A stretch of 64,000 nucleotides of DNA from positions 18,357 through 82,356 of IMG/VR virus record IMGVR_UViG_2974717242_000001, one strand, 5' to 3'. Numbering within the stretch: position 1 is the first letter of the stretch; each line of letters starts with the position of its first letter. Source of the stretch: Bongovirus reindeer (taxonomy: Duplodnaviria; Heunggongvirae; Uroviricota; Caudoviricetes; Vilmaviridae). Shown here piece by piece: positions 28,922 to 38,081 of this stretch. Below the pieces are notes generated by a model that saw only the letters and a program-made list of their open reading frames with translations, did no database searches and had not been told where the DNA came from. The position numbers and the translations under genes are program-made.

Positions 28922-29262
28922 GCAAGCTGTGGCACCGGAAGGACGAGTGGACCGACCACGCCCCGTGCGCGGGGAACATCGACTTCATCATCAGCCCCGA
29001 GAAGTTGGGGCCCGAGCGCACAGAGAACGTGAAGGCCACCTGTGCAGGTTGCCCAGTGCGTCCTGAGTGCATTGAGATGAACACGAAGCCGGTTGCCGAC
29101 TTTTGGCGGAAGGCGCTGCGGCCGTCGAACGGCATCTGGGTCGCCGGGGAGTGGCTCCCTGAGCGGCAGAAGGTGTCGAAGGAGGTCTTGGAGGAGAAGC
29201 GTGAGCAGCTACTCGCCCGTCTCCCCGAGGAGCGCCGGAACAGGCCTGATCACATGCTATGA
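28918..29262 (+). CDS. WhiB-like transcription regulator
   Basis: GTGA overlap. Four Cys spaced as in Wbl proteins (C-x25-CAGC-x5-C), 114 aa. Confidence 0.55.
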   Translation: MSKLWHRKDEWTDHAPCAGNIDFIISPEKLGPERTENVKATCAGCPVRPECIEMNTKPVADFWRKALRPSNGIWVAGEWLPERQKVSKEVLEEKREQLLARLPEERRNRPDHML

Positions 29263-29446
29263 GTGACACACCTCTCCCAAAGTTGGGAATCGCGCCAGTT
29301 TTGTGGTAAGGGCGTTCTGTTTGCCATTTTCGGAAGTCGACGTGTCAGTGCTTTCCGTTAAAGTCTTGCTCGGTTGGCGACGGCCTGTCGTACCCAGTGT
29401 GAACGCCGTGTAAACCGTCTCCCTGAGGGGAGCTGACCTATGGAAG

Positions 29447-29875
29447 TTGCTAGAAGTGGGCCGTAGCCGTAAGTCTGCAAAGGCGGCAGGTGCATCGTTT
29501 GAGCGCCTGATCGCGGACGGACTCCGAGAAGCACTGGGCGACAACAATATTCAGCGCGCACCACGCTGGGGAAGTGTCGACAAGGGTGACATCGTGAACG
29601 TCCGCATCGACGGCCACGATCTAGTTATACAGACTAAGGACGTTGCTCGTCTCGACCTTCCAAAGGGCGTGGGAGACGCTAAGCTACAAGCCGTGAATGC
29701 AGGGGCTCTCGCGGGCCTGTTCATTCACAAACGCAAAGGGACCACCGACCCAATGAAGCAATGGGTTAGCTGTACTGTTGCGGAGCTAGTTGCACTGATC
29801 ACCAAGGTTCCGGTACACGCCGGGGCTGTGGAAGGGAATGAAGGGAGGGCGGATGACCGCCACTCTGGAGAATGA
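29447..29875 (+). CDS. Holliday junction resolvase, archaeal Hjc-type PD-(D/E)XK
   Basis: N-terminus KSAKAAGASFERLIADGL ... RAPRWGSVDKGDIVNV parallels Hjc KGSAVERxxV ... RAPASG ... D. RBS GGGGAG. Confidence 0.5.
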   Translation: MLEVGRSRKSAKAAGASFERLIADGLREALGDNNIQRAPRWGSVDKGDIVNVRIDGHDLVIQTKDVARLDLPKGVGDAKLQAVNAGALAGLFIHKRKGTTDPMKQWVSCTVAELVALITKVPVHAGAVEGNEGRADDRHSGE

Positions 29876-30479
29876 CACCGACTTCGACTGGCGCACCCGT
29901 TCGGTGTGCTTGACCGAGGACTTCGACATGACGTTCGTGGACGTTGATGACCTGATCGACCAGGGCGTCGAACGCGAAGACGCCATCGACATCATCAAGC
30001 AGCACGAGGTTGCCGCGAAGTCTGTCTGCGAGCGCTGCCCGGTCGTCAAGCAGTGCCTGAGCCAGGCCATGGAAGATGACGAGCAGTTCGGCGTGTGGGG
30101 CGGCAAGAACCCGGCCGAACGCCACCAGGAGCGTCACATCTGGCTGCAGATCCGTGGAATCCCCTCCCTGCCCACCGACTTGGGGCTGGTGACCGATCCG
30201 GATGCGCTCAGCTCGAACGCCGCCGCGAACGCCAAGCTGACCCGGCGCAACGAGCGGGCCCGCATCGCACGCGACCTTCTGCTGCTGCAGCCAGCGGACT
30301 GGACCAACACCACCCGGTCCAACGGCACCCACACCCGTGAGCAGTACCTCACGGTGATGGACATGATCCTGGCGAATCCGTCGCAGCCAGCGGAGGTCAT
30401 CGCCAACCGGATCGGCCGTCGCGGCGAGTACATCAACTCGATGCTCCGTGAGGTCTGCAAGGCGTTCGAAATCAACTAG
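29853..30479 (+). CDS. WhiB-family protein with C-terminal extension
   Basis: Strong RBS GAAGGGAGGG. Cys pattern C-x31-CERCPVVKQC plus hallmark GVWGG turn. 208 aa. Confidence 0.65.
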   Translation: MTATLENDTDFDWRTRSVCLTEDFDMTFVDVDDLIDQGVEREDAIDIIKQHEVAAKSVCERCPVVKQCLSQAMEDDEQFGVWGGKNPAERHQERHIWLQIRGIPSLPTDLGLVTDPDALSSNAAANAKLTRRNERARIARDLLLLQPADWTNTTRSNGTHTREQYLTVMDMILANPSQPAEVIANRIGRRGEYINSMLREVCKAFEIN

Positions 30480-30491
30480 TCCGACCGCCTG

Positions 30492-30537
30492 GGGCGGGAA
30501 GTGGGTCTTCGGATCCGCTTCCCGCCCTTCGTGTTTC
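30492..30537 (+). terminator. intrinsic terminator
   Basis: 10-bp perfect stem GGGCGGGAAG / CTTCCCGCCC followed by a T-rich tract. Confidence 0.5.
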
Positions 30538-30565
30538 AACGCCAACGATGTGTGTCTGTTTGTGT

Positions 30566-30574
30566 TGATACAAT
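30566..30574 (+). promoter_or_regulatory. candidate extended -10 promoter TGATACAAT
   Basis: TGnTACAAT match between terminator and next gene block. A stoperator-like site lies 125 bp downstream. Confidence 0.3.
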
Positions 30575-30739
30575 GAGGGTGCCACGAGTTGAGCCTCGCT
30601 CCTCTGGTACCCCCGTGGATGATTTCTGTGACGCCGTCCGACGCGCCTGCCCACGGGGGTTCTGCTTTTTCTGAGCCTGTCTGACCTGGGAAAAGCTTCC
30701 TGTAATCACCCTTTTTCGCGCCGTACCGTAATAGGCGAT

Positions 30740-30988
30740 ATGAGCGAACAATGTTGGGGTGGCACTCTTTCGACGGATGGCCATGTCCAGGTTCTCCAGC
30801 AGGAACTGGCCCAGGTCCGCTACGAGCGTGATCTGGTGGCACGTCAGCTTGGGGCCGTTCAGCGCCTGATCAACCGCTGGATGCAGGACGCTGGGCCAGG
30901 CACGCGCATGGAGCAAGTCTATGGGCCCCAGACGATTTCGGTGGCGTTCATGCATCGGGCGATCAACGAGGTTATCGCTGATGCGTGA
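30740..30988 (+). CDS. hypothetical protein
   Basis: 82 aa. Confidence 0.5.
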   Translation: MSEQCWGGTLSTDGHVQVLQQELAQVRYERDLVARQLGAVQRLINRWMQDAGPGTRMEQVYGPQTISVAFMHRAINEVIADA

Positions 30989-31451
30989 ACCTGATGTCGC
31001 TCTGTACACGGACGATGGCCGGGTCTACCTCAATCGCTGGCATGTCATCCCGCGCAACAGGCTCTTCAACATCTACCTGCACCAGTTTCTGGCCAGCGAT
31101 GACGACCGGGCCCTGCACGATCACCCGTGGTGGTTCGCGAGCTTGATCCTCAAGGGCGGCTACTGGGAGCACTTCGATGGCCACTTGCGGTGGCGTCGAC
31201 CGGGGTCGTTCGCGATCCGCAAGCCCAAGACTGGGCACCGCGTCGAACTGGGTACCGAACTGGCCCACATCGAGACGATCTTCGACTCCCGCACTCTGAA
31301 GCCGGTGCGGCGGAGGTACAAGACCGTTGAAAAGCCCGCTTGGACACTGATTTTCACCGGCCCCCGATTCCGCTCGTGGGGGTTCCATTGCCCACAAGGC
31401 TGGGTTCACTGGAAACGGTTCACAGCACGCAACGGATGTGGAGAACGATGA
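30981..31451 (+). CDS. hypothetical protein
   Basis: ATG 30981 overlapping previous stop. Track ORF starts at 30921. Confidence 0.5.
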   Translation: MREPDVALYTDDGRVYLNRWHVIPRNRLFNIYLHQFLASDDDRALHDHPWWFASLILKGGYWEHFDGHLRWRRPGSFAIRKPKTGHRVELGTELAHIETIFDSRTLKPVRRRYKTVEKPAWTLIFTGPRFRSWGFHCPQGWVHWKRFTARNGCGER

Positions 31452-31711
31452 GCGACCTGATCAACGCCGTAGACGCGGACGACGCCAGCTTCCCAGTGGG
31501 CACCGTTCTGGTGGAGAAGCACCATTCCTTGCCCGCCACGATGCTGCGAACTCATGTGTCGCGCACCGCCGATGGTCGGATTGAGCCCGACCGGGGGAAC
31601 GTATGGATGGCGATCCATAGCGACGCCTCCTTCCTGTTTTACAGCTCCCTCGAAGAATTCGTCCAGGTCCAGGGTGGGCCTGGATTGTTCCAGGAGGTTT
31701 TCCGCCCGTGA
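31448..31711 (+). CDS. hypothetical protein
   Basis: ATGA overlap, 87 aa. Confidence 0.5.
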   Translation: MSDLINAVDADDASFPVGTVLVEKHHSLPATMLRTHVSRTADGRIEPDRGNVWMAIHSDASFLFYSSLEEFVQVQGGPGLFQEVFRP

Positions 31712-31992
31712 CCGAAGACCACGAGATCCACATCCACGCCAGCGTTGGCAATGAGGTCAAGGACCGGCTGAACCGAAACCTCAAGGCCCACACAGGGGAA
31801 GACCTTGGGAACGCCCCTGAGGTCACCGTGGAGACCGCCGAAGAGGCTGCCCGCAAGGACAAGTTCCGTCGGGTCCCGAACCGCCAGATGCGCCGCGACA
31901 TGATGCGCCTGGTCGGCGAAGTGAAGTCGTCCCGTTCCCGCATCCGCCGCCGCGTCTACCGCGTCCGCAAGTACTACGAGGGGAAGTCGTGA
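31708..31992 (+). CDS. hypothetical basic protein
   Basis: GTGA overlap, 94 aa, Arg-rich C-terminus. Confidence 0.5.
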   Translation: MTEDHEIHIHASVGNEVKDRLNRNLKAHTGEDLGNAPEVTVETAEEAARKDKFRRVPNRQMRRDMMRLVGEVKSSRSRIRRRVYRVRKYYEGKS

Positions 31993-32567
31993 GCGCCAAC
32001 GAGGTCATGACCGTCAGCTCCACGGGAGCCCAGAAGGCCGAGAACGACGAGCGTTACGACCTGATCGCCGCAGAACCACTCCGCAAGCTGGCCAAGCATT
32101 TTGGTGTCGGCGCGAAGAAGTACGCGGACAGGAACTGGGAGGCCGGTTACGAGTGGCACAAGTCGTTTGCCGCCCTCAACCGTCACCTGTGGCAGTTCTG
32201 GAACGGTGAGGACATCGACCCTGAGACGGGCTCCCCGCACATCGTGGCGGTCATGTGGCACGCGATGGTGCTGACCGAGTTCATGGAAACTCACCCCGAG
32301 TTTGATGACCGGCCGAACACCGTTCGGGCCCAGCAGGTGTCGGATGAGGATGCCGACGATCCCATGGAGACCGATTCTCTGGAGCCGTCGTGGACTCGTA
32401 AGTACACGTGGGACCACGACGGTCTCACCTACGAATGGGGGACGTTTGACGGTCAGACGGGATGGTTCTTCCAGCAGCCGCCGGGCTACACGTGGCTCTG
32501 GTCTGGAGTGAACTCGCACCCGACCACAATCAAGGGGACGTACAGGCGAGTGGGAGCTTCCGTGTGA
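31989..32567 (+). CDS. hypothetical protein
   Basis: GTGA overlap, 192 aa. Conserved-looking KYADRNWEAGYEWHKSFAALNRHLWQFW segment. Confidence 0.5.
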   Translation: MSANEVMTVSSTGAQKAENDERYDLIAAEPLRKLAKHFGVGAKKYADRNWEAGYEWHKSFAALNRHLWQFWNGEDIDPETGSPHIVAVMWHAMVLTEFMETHPEFDDRPNTVRAQQVSDEDADDPMETDSLEPSWTRKYTWDHDGLTYEWGTFDGQTGWFFQQPPGYTWLWSGVNSHPTTIKGTYRRVGASV

Positions 32568-32675
32568 CCGAGTACTACGTGCGCACAGAAGGCCGAGTCG
32601 CCGTCCCCGGCCTGGAAACCTAGCTTCCTGTAATCACTCACAGGGGCCACATACGTTGAGAGACATGGAGAAACG

Positions 32676-33476
32676 ATGAGCGCCAAGATTCTGGTACTCG
32701 ACATCGAGCGACAGAGTGCGCTTGTCGACGGCGTGTGGGAAGGCAAGCAGAAAAGCACCTGGGTCGACCCGTCGCGGATCATCGAACCTGCCCGCACCAT
32801 CTGCTTCGCCTACCGATGGCTGCACGAAGACAAGACCAAGTTCGTCGCCGAATGGGACGGCGGGCTCCAGCAGGACAACCACGCCCACACCCCAGGTGGC
32901 GGGCACCAGCTGATGATCCAGAAGGCCCGCGACCTGTTCGATGAGGCCGACTACATCGTCGGGTTCAACTCGAAGAACTTCGACGTGAAGTACCTGCAGG
33001 CCGACATGTGGCTGTACAACCTGCTGCAGCCATCACCGCACGTCGACATCGACCTGATGCAGCAGGCCAGCAGGAACTTCAAGCTCTACGCCAAGTCGAT
33101 GAAGTACCTCGCCAAGGTGAAGGCGATGGAAGGCAAGGAGCAGACCGAACTGGGGCTGTGGCGCAAGCTGCGGTTCGCCGACGGTGATGTTCTGCGTCGG
33201 GCCCAGCGGTCGATGAAGAAGTACAACATCCGCGATGTGGACCAGACGCTGGAGTTGTTCCACGACATGCGGGGCTGGCTGTCGGGCATGAACTTGGCCC
33301 TCTACGAGGACGACATCGGCCCGTTCTGCCCGAACTGTGCAAGCACCAACCTGCAGTACCGGGGTTGGGCTGGCAACCGGACCTACAAGTACCGCCGCTT
33401 CCAGTGCACCGACTGCGGCAAGTGGGGCCGGGACGCCAAGTCGTTCGAATCTGTCCAATCACTCGGTATCGCTTAG
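32676..33476 (+). CDS. DnaQ-like 3'-5' exonuclease (DEDD family) with C-terminal zinc ribbon
   Basis: Exo I VLDIE, Exo II GFNSKNFDVKYL, Exo III HDMRGW. CPNC ... CTDC Zn-ribbon at C-terminus. Confidence 0.6.
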   Translation: MSAKILVLDIERQSALVDGVWEGKQKSTWVDPSRIIEPARTICFAYRWLHEDKTKFVAEWDGGLQQDNHAHTPGGGHQLMIQKARDLFDEADYIVGFNSKNFDVKYLQADMWLYNLLQPSPHVDIDLMQQASRNFKLYAKSMKYLAKVKAMEGKEQTELGLWRKLRFADGDVLRRAQRSMKKYNIRDVDQTLELFHDMRGWLSGMNLALYEDDIGPFCPNCASTNLQYRGWAGNRTYKYRRFQCTDCGKWGRDAKSFESVQSLGIA

Positions 33477-33484
33477 GAGAAGCC

Positions 33485-33748
33485 ATGGCCACCATCAATA
33501 GCGCCGCCTTCGACAACGTCGGCATCACCATCGCCGAGAACGATGTTCCCGGCACCCTGGACTGGACGTTCCACGAGGTTCCCGCCCACCTGAACCGCGA
33601 GTTCTTCGACTTCATAGCCAGCGACGACGGACACCAGCTCCTCACCAACGCCGCCGCCGCGTACCTGTTCACCCAGGGCAGGATCACCGAGGCCCAGGCC
33701 CGCGAGATCATCCAGTCCGTGCCGCCGCGCGAGGTCCAGGTTCGGTGA
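33485..33748 (+). CDS. hypothetical protein
   Basis: RBS AGGAGAAG before ATG 33485. Track ORF extends upstream to 33365. Confidence 0.5.
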   Translation: MATINSAAFDNVGITIAENDVPGTLDWTFHEVPAHLNREFFDFIASDDGHQLLTNAAAAYLFTQGRITEAQAREIIQSVPPREVQVR

Positions 33749-33960
33749 GCCTCCGCGTCGAGGACATCCCGCTGATCAAGCAGCTCGAGGATGTGCTGGT
33801 GGCCGAACTGGACCGCCAGCACCTCGACGGCGAGTTCGAGCCGGATTCCACAGGGGCGCAGTACTTCGACGCTGTCGACGGTGAGATCACCGGCAAGCCC
33901 GACTGGTTCAAGGCCGTCAAGGCTGTCGTTGAGGCGCTGTGGGAGGAAGAGGGCCGGTGA
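33745..33960 (+). CDS. hypothetical acidic protein
   Basis: GTGA overlap, 71 aa. Confidence 0.5.
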   Translation: MSLRVEDIPLIKQLEDVLVAELDRQHLDGEFEPDSTGAQYFDAVDGEITGKPDWFKAVKAVVEALWEEEGR

Positions 33961-34034
33961 TCGTCGCCGCCATCGCCGCCACCGTCGTCCTCATCGCGTT
34001 CTTCATCATCGCAATCATCATTCAGGAGTTGTAG
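33957..34034 (+). CDS. tiny membrane peptide (25 aa)
   Basis: GTGA overlap. VIVAAIAATVVLIAFFIIAIIIQEL. Below track cutoff. Confidence 0.3.
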   Translation: MIVAAIAATVVLIAFFIIAIIIQEL

Positions 34035-34573
34035 TGAGCACCCACTGGAAGCCAGTCCGCAACACCGAGGGGTTATACCTGGCCAGCGACGACGGCCAGA
34101 TCCTCCGCAAGGAGTACCTCCTTGAGAAGGTACAGAGCAACGGTCGCCTGTACCGGCGTGTCATACCTGAGCAGATCGTCAAGCCGTACGTCACCCACCG
34201 GGCCCCGTCCAATAATCAGCATCCCGTGATTCGGGTCCGCAGAAGCATCAAGGACCGCAACGGATCTGAGAGGCGAGTGGCTGCCATGGTTGCCGCCGCA
34301 CACCTGGGCCTCCCGTACGATCCCGACGACATTGCCGACCGCAACCAGTGGCGGCTGGCGTTCCGCGACGGCGACCCGTTGAACGTTCACGTCGACAACC
34401 TCGAATGGGTGTCCAATCAGGGCGTCAACACCATGGCAACGCACGACGACTACTACCGCAACCTGCAGGCGTTCCGGGCGTTGGCCGAAACCGAAACCGC
34501 CGAGTCCTTCCTGGCCCGCTACTACTCGCCAGACGAAATCGACTGGTCCACAGCAGAGAGGATCGCCGCGTGA
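34034..34573 (+). CDS. HNH endonuclease
   Basis: GTG overlapping TAG stop. HPVIRVRR ... AAAHLG ... DGDPLNVHVDNLEWVSN is an HNH_3-type core. Confidence 0.5.
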   Translation: MSTHWKPVRNTEGLYLASDDGQILRKEYLLEKVQSNGRLYRRVIPEQIVKPYVTHRAPSNNQHPVIRVRRSIKDRNGSERRVAAMVAAAHLGLPYDPDDIADRNQWRLAFRDGDPLNVHVDNLEWVSNQGVNTMATHDDYYRNLQAFRALAETETAESFLARYYSPDEIDWSTAERIAA

Positions 34574-35079
34574 CCAACCTTGGTGTTGATCCCACCGCGT
34601 TCGAAATCGCCACCGACCCACTGCGTTTCCGTTTCCACGGCTGGACCGCCCACGGCAACATCGAGTTCGACGTGCCGTTCATCTCCGAGGTCGCCGACAA
34701 CCTGTGGCAGGGCGGCTGCGAAAGCAGCCTGGTGCTGCCCACGTTCATCAAGCATGTGGTGTCGCTGTACCCGTGGGAGAAGTACATCGTTGAGCACGAG
34801 CTGCTCTCCGAGAAGTCGATCAAGATGTACGACTCGGTCAACCAGAGCGTTCACCAGGTGGACGAGATCGCCGAGTGGGTCAACGAGTGCCGGAAGACGG
34901 GCCCCGTCCTGGTGCACTGCCAGGCCGGGTTGAACCGTTCGGCACTGATCGCAGCTCGGGCCATCTGGAAGTCGGACGACTTCCTCACTGGCCGGGAGAT
35001 CATCGACCACCTGCGTTCCACCCGCTCTGAGGCGGTGCTGTGCAACCCGGCGTTCGAGGCTGAGGTGCTGTCCTGGTGA
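34570..35079 (+). CDS. dual-specificity protein phosphatase
   Basis: GTGA overlap. Active-site signature VHCQAGLNRS (CX5R). Confidence 0.65.
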   Translation: MTNLGVDPTAFEIATDPLRFRFHGWTAHGNIEFDVPFISEVADNLWQGGCESSLVLPTFIKHVVSLYPWEKYIVEHELLSEKSIKMYDSVNQSVHQVDEIAEWVNECRKTGPVLVHCQAGLNRSALIAARAIWKSDDFLTGREIIDHLRSTRSEAVLCNPAFEAEVLSW

Positions 35080-35312
35080 GCGATGTTGATGTGATGGCTG
35101 CGATCATCGAGCAACACGCGAGGGCCCAGGATTCGGTTGCCCCCAGAATCTTCTACCGGGTCACTGCAGCGAGCGCCCACAAGGCCGCAGAAGCCCTCCT
35201 GGCTGCCGGATTCCGCATGGAGGCAGGAACGGTCGACCGAGAGCAGAACGAGCGTCTGAAGGCCGTTGAGAGCCGCCTGGACCGTATCGAGGGGTACATG
35301 GTGATCCGATGA
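35076..35312 (+). CDS. hypothetical protein
   Basis: GTGA overlap, 78 aa. Confidence 0.5.
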   Translation: MSDVDVMAAIIEQHARAQDSVAPRIFYRVTAASAHKAAEALLAAGFRMEAGTVDREQNERLKAVESRLDRIEGYMVIR

Positions 35313-35554
35313 GCCTCATCATGCCGATCATGATCAACAACACCACCATCGGCGCGTTGACCATCAGCCGCACCGAGAAGCTCCGCAACAACAAGAAGAA
35401 CGACGTTCACCACTACGAGTGGGAACTGTACATGAAGGGCGGCGAAACCCTTCGCGGTACGCGGGAGTCGGAAAGCTACGCGGGCACCGTGGAGCACGCG
35501 TACTCCGATGGTGCTGTGCAGCTGCTCAAGAAGGTGCTGGAGCAGATCCCGTGA
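35309..35554 (+). CDS. hypothetical protein
   Basis: ATGA overlap, 81 aa. Confidence 0.5.
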   Translation: MSLIMPIMINNTTIGALTISRTEKLRNNKKNDVHHYEWELYMKGGETLRGTRESESYAGTVEHAYSDGAVQLLKKVLEQIP

Positions 35555-35895
35555 GCGTGTCCAGGCAGATGACAGCCTCTGTCGAGGCCGCCCGATTCCG
35601 CGATACGTGGCGACAACTCGCCCGCGAGCGCGAAACTAGAGCCAGATTGCCATCTACTTGGCATGCCGAGTTCGCGGTCATGTTGAAAGCTGGCATGAGC
35701 ACAGATCAGTTGATTAGGCTTGCAGCGCTGTCCATGCAGAAGCCTGATATTGATAACCGCTGGGCGTACTTCCGTGGCATAGTACGGAAGGTAAACCCCC
35801 ATGCGGTACCCCGTAAAAGGCGGCGTAATCGTAAGTGGGGTAACCGTGTTCGTACTGTCTCGGGCGGTTTGCCTGGCCTGGGTAAGCGACGTTGA
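35551..35895 (+). CDS. hypothetical basic protein
   Basis: GTGA overlap start within track ORF 35419-35895, 114 aa. Confidence 0.45.
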   Translation: MSVSRQMTASVEAARFRDTWRQLARERETRARLPSTWHAEFAVMLKAGMSTDQLIRLAALSMQKPDIDNRWAYFRGIVRKVNPHAVPRKRRRNRKWGNRVRTVSGGLPGLGKRR

Positions 35896-36050
35896 GAAGG
35901 TCATGGCCCAAATCCCGTGACCGACATCCAGATCCGCTACGAGATCCCCGACGACGCCCCCGACTGGGTGTTCGAATGCATCGCCGATGGCGACTGGAAC
36001 GGCATCCTCGAATACACGGACGGGCGTCGCCCGACCAACATCGAGGTGAT

Positions 36051-36212
36051 ATGACCCAGCCGTCGACACAGGCGCAGCGTGACGCCTACCTCGCCGGAAT
36101 ATGCAAGTGGTGCATGGAGAAACGGCACCGCGCAGGCAGTCCCGAATGTGATGACTGCTGGAAGTTGAGAGGAACCGGCGCGACAATGAGCCCCGCACGA
36201 GAGGTGTTCTGA
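36051..36212 (+). CDS. small Cys-rich protein (zinc-ribbon-like)
   Basis: ATG 36051 in ATGA overlap with a 45-aa upstream ORF (35917-36054). CKWC ... CDDC. Confidence 0.35.
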   Translation: MTQPSTQAQRDAYLAGICKWCMEKRHRAGSPECDDCWKLRGTGATMSPAREVF

Positions 36213-36415
36213 TGGCCACCAAGAAGCAGCGAGCACGGCAGAAGTACCGCGACCGCTACGGCCGCGACCCGCAGAGCGATGCCCAGCTGACCACGTTCAT
36301 GGCGACGCTGCCGACATCGGCCTACATCGGCTGTTCGGACTTCAGCAGCTACAGCGACAGCAGCAGCTTCGACTCGGGCAGCTCCTTCAGCGACGGCGGA
36401 AGCTGCAGTTTTTGA
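36212..36415 (+). CDS. hypothetical Ser-rich protein
   Basis: TGATG overlap, 67 aa. Confidence 0.45.
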   Translation: MATKKQRARQKYRDRYGRDPQSDAQLTTFMATLPTSAYIGCSDFSSYSDSSSFDSGSSFSDGGSCSF

Positions 36416-36816
36416 GCCGCATCCTCCTGATGAACGACGACGACCGCCAGGTGCCTCACACGGCATGCTGGTGGCGTCTTCGTTTGTACCGCAACGCAGA
36501 CGGCTTCTACTACACGCAGCAGCTGCACGTGGGCGAGGACTGGACGCCCGACTCGCACATCCCATGGTCCGGCCACATCGACTACTACGACGGCCGCAAC
36601 GACTGGACATGGCCGTACAAGGCCCACATCTACGTGGACGAGCAGATTCCGGAAATCGGACGTGGCAGAACGGTTATCCCCAACCGGAAGTACTTCCTCG
36701 ACATCCTCGATGTCGTACCGCCCCATCTGCCATCATCGTACGATCCTCGCCAGCAGTGGTTCCGCCTGACTCGGTCGAGCACCTACAACCCGCGCGGTGA
36801 GTTTTACGTGGGATAA
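36412..36816 (+). CDS. hypothetical protein
   Basis: TTGA overlap start, 134 aa. Alternative ATG at 36430. Confidence 0.45.
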   Translation: MSRILLMNDDDRQVPHTACWWRLRLYRNADGFYYTQQLHVGEDWTPDSHIPWSGHIDYYDGRNDWTWPYKAHIYVDEQIPEIGRGRTVIPNRKYFLDILDVVPPHLPSSYDPRQQWFRLTRSSTYNPRGEFYVG

Positions 36817-36834
36817 TAGGTTGAGGAAACCAAT

Positions 36835-37161
36835 TTGCCCACGAACAGTAAGAACGGCCCACGCTCTCGCGGACGAACGGGCGGCAAGTTTGAACGAGCG
36901 AAGTGGCGCGTACTGAACGCGAACCAGATCTGCGCCCATCCAGACTGTCGAAAATTCATAGATCTAAATCTCCGTTGGCCAGATCCAATGAGCCCCACCG
37001 TGAACCACATCATCCCCGTCAAAGACTTGGCCTGGGATGACCCTCTGACGTACTCGGTGGAAAACCTGGAGCCCATGCACCTGGTGTGCAATCAGCGTCT
37101 TGGCGCGGGACCCCGCAAGGAAAAGCCCAAGCATCCCCAGTCACGGAACTGGCGCGAATAA
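36835..37161 (+). CDS. HNH endonuclease
   Basis: CAHPDC ... NHIIP ... HLVCN Cys/His pattern, 108 aa. Confidence 0.55.
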   Translation: MPTNSKNGPRSRGRTGGKFERAKWRVLNANQICAHPDCRKFIDLNLRWPDPMSPTVNHIIPVKDLAWDDPLTYSVENLEPMHLVCNQRLGAGPRKEKPKHPQSRNWRE

Positions 37162-37171
37162 AGGAGCAGCA

Positions 37172-37417
37172 ATGGAGCCGTCTGTCGGCCGCATCGTTCA
37201 CTATCACTCGTATGGCACACCGGGAGGCGAGTATCTACCGGAGCCCCGCGCCGCGATCATCACGGCAGTCTACGAGGATGAACCCGAACTGTACGACCCG
37301 TCGAAAGTCTATGTGGGGCTGGCGGTTCTGAATCCGACCGGCATCTTCTTCAACCAGTTGGTCCCATTCTCGGAAGAGCCGAAGCCCGGTCACTGGAACT
37401 GGCCACCGCGCCTCTGA
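37172..37417 (+). CDS. hypothetical protein
   Basis: RBS AAGGAG before ATG 37172. Track ORF begins at 37100. Confidence 0.5.
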   Translation: MEPSVGRIVHYHSYGTPGGEYLPEPRAAIITAVYEDEPELYDPSKVYVGLAVLNPTGIFFNQLVPFSEEPKPGHWNWPPRL

Positions 37418-37499
37418 GCAAACCCATGCTACACTGTAGGTAGGCGTTAGCGCACACGAATGGTGTTGCGCAGCAAACATCATTCAGTTAGGACTTCAC

Positions 37500-37709
37500 A
37501 TGGCTTCTCCCCAGAACCCGTTCGTGCCACTCGACCCATCGGACTACAACCTGTCCGGTTCGCAGGCAGCTGAGGACGCGCTCGCCGCGATCATGAAGCC
37601 GCTCGTCGGCGCAGGACCGCATGACGACCTGACGGTGGAAGAGCTGAACCAGCGATTCGACGGCACCGGCTCGCCACGTCCGCACACGTTCCCCACTCCG
37701 CAGAACTGA
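37500..37709 (+). CDS. hypothetical protein
   Basis: 69 aa. Confidence 0.45.
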   Translation: MASPQNPFVPLDPSDYNLSGSQAAEDALAAIMKPLVGAGPHDDLTVEELNQRFDGTGSPRPHTFPTPQN

Positions 37710-37733
37710 TGTTCTGAGGTGTAGGCCCCAGGG

Positions 37734-37776
37734 AAGGCCCTCGGTCAGCGTGTGTGCTGGTCGGGGGCCTTTTTTG
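37734..37776 (+). terminator. intrinsic terminator
   Basis: Stem AAGGCCCTCG / CGGGGGCCTT followed by TTTTT. Immediately followed by a stoperator-like site. Confidence 0.55.
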
Positions 37777-37929
37777 ATTCTCCTGTAATCACTCTCGATG
37801 AAGCTTTAATCTATTTCATGTCCGGTTCAAGAAGGACCGGATGCGGTACACCGGAGGGGCTGGTTCCCAAATTCCAAGCCCGGTTCCTCCACTGGGACTC
37901 GACAGAGTTGAGGCTGAAGAGTCCCACGT

Positions 37930-38004
37930 ATGGGCGTAGCTGACAGGAAAGCAGCGGTCTCCAAAGCCGTGATGATGCAGGTTCGAATCCTGCCGCCCGT
38001 GCCA
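37930..38004 (+). tRNA. tRNA-Trp(CCA)
   Basis: Acceptor ATGGGCG/CGCCCGT, T-arm GCAGGTTCGAATCCTGC, anticodon loop CTCCAAA, encoded CCA end. D-stem weak. Confidence 0.55.
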
Positions 38005-38081
38005 CGTTCGATGTTCGGTGGTGACCGAACGCCGAACATGTTGGTTGAGAATTAAATAGTGGTAGTACAAGTAAGTTTCGA

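Noticed and set aside
31989-32567. Assigning the 192-aa protein as a dATP/dGTP pyrophosphohydrolase (MazZ-like)
   Set aside because: Only a vague resemblance of the KYADRNW...HxxxxAxxRH segment was recalled. Insufficient to call without a profile search.
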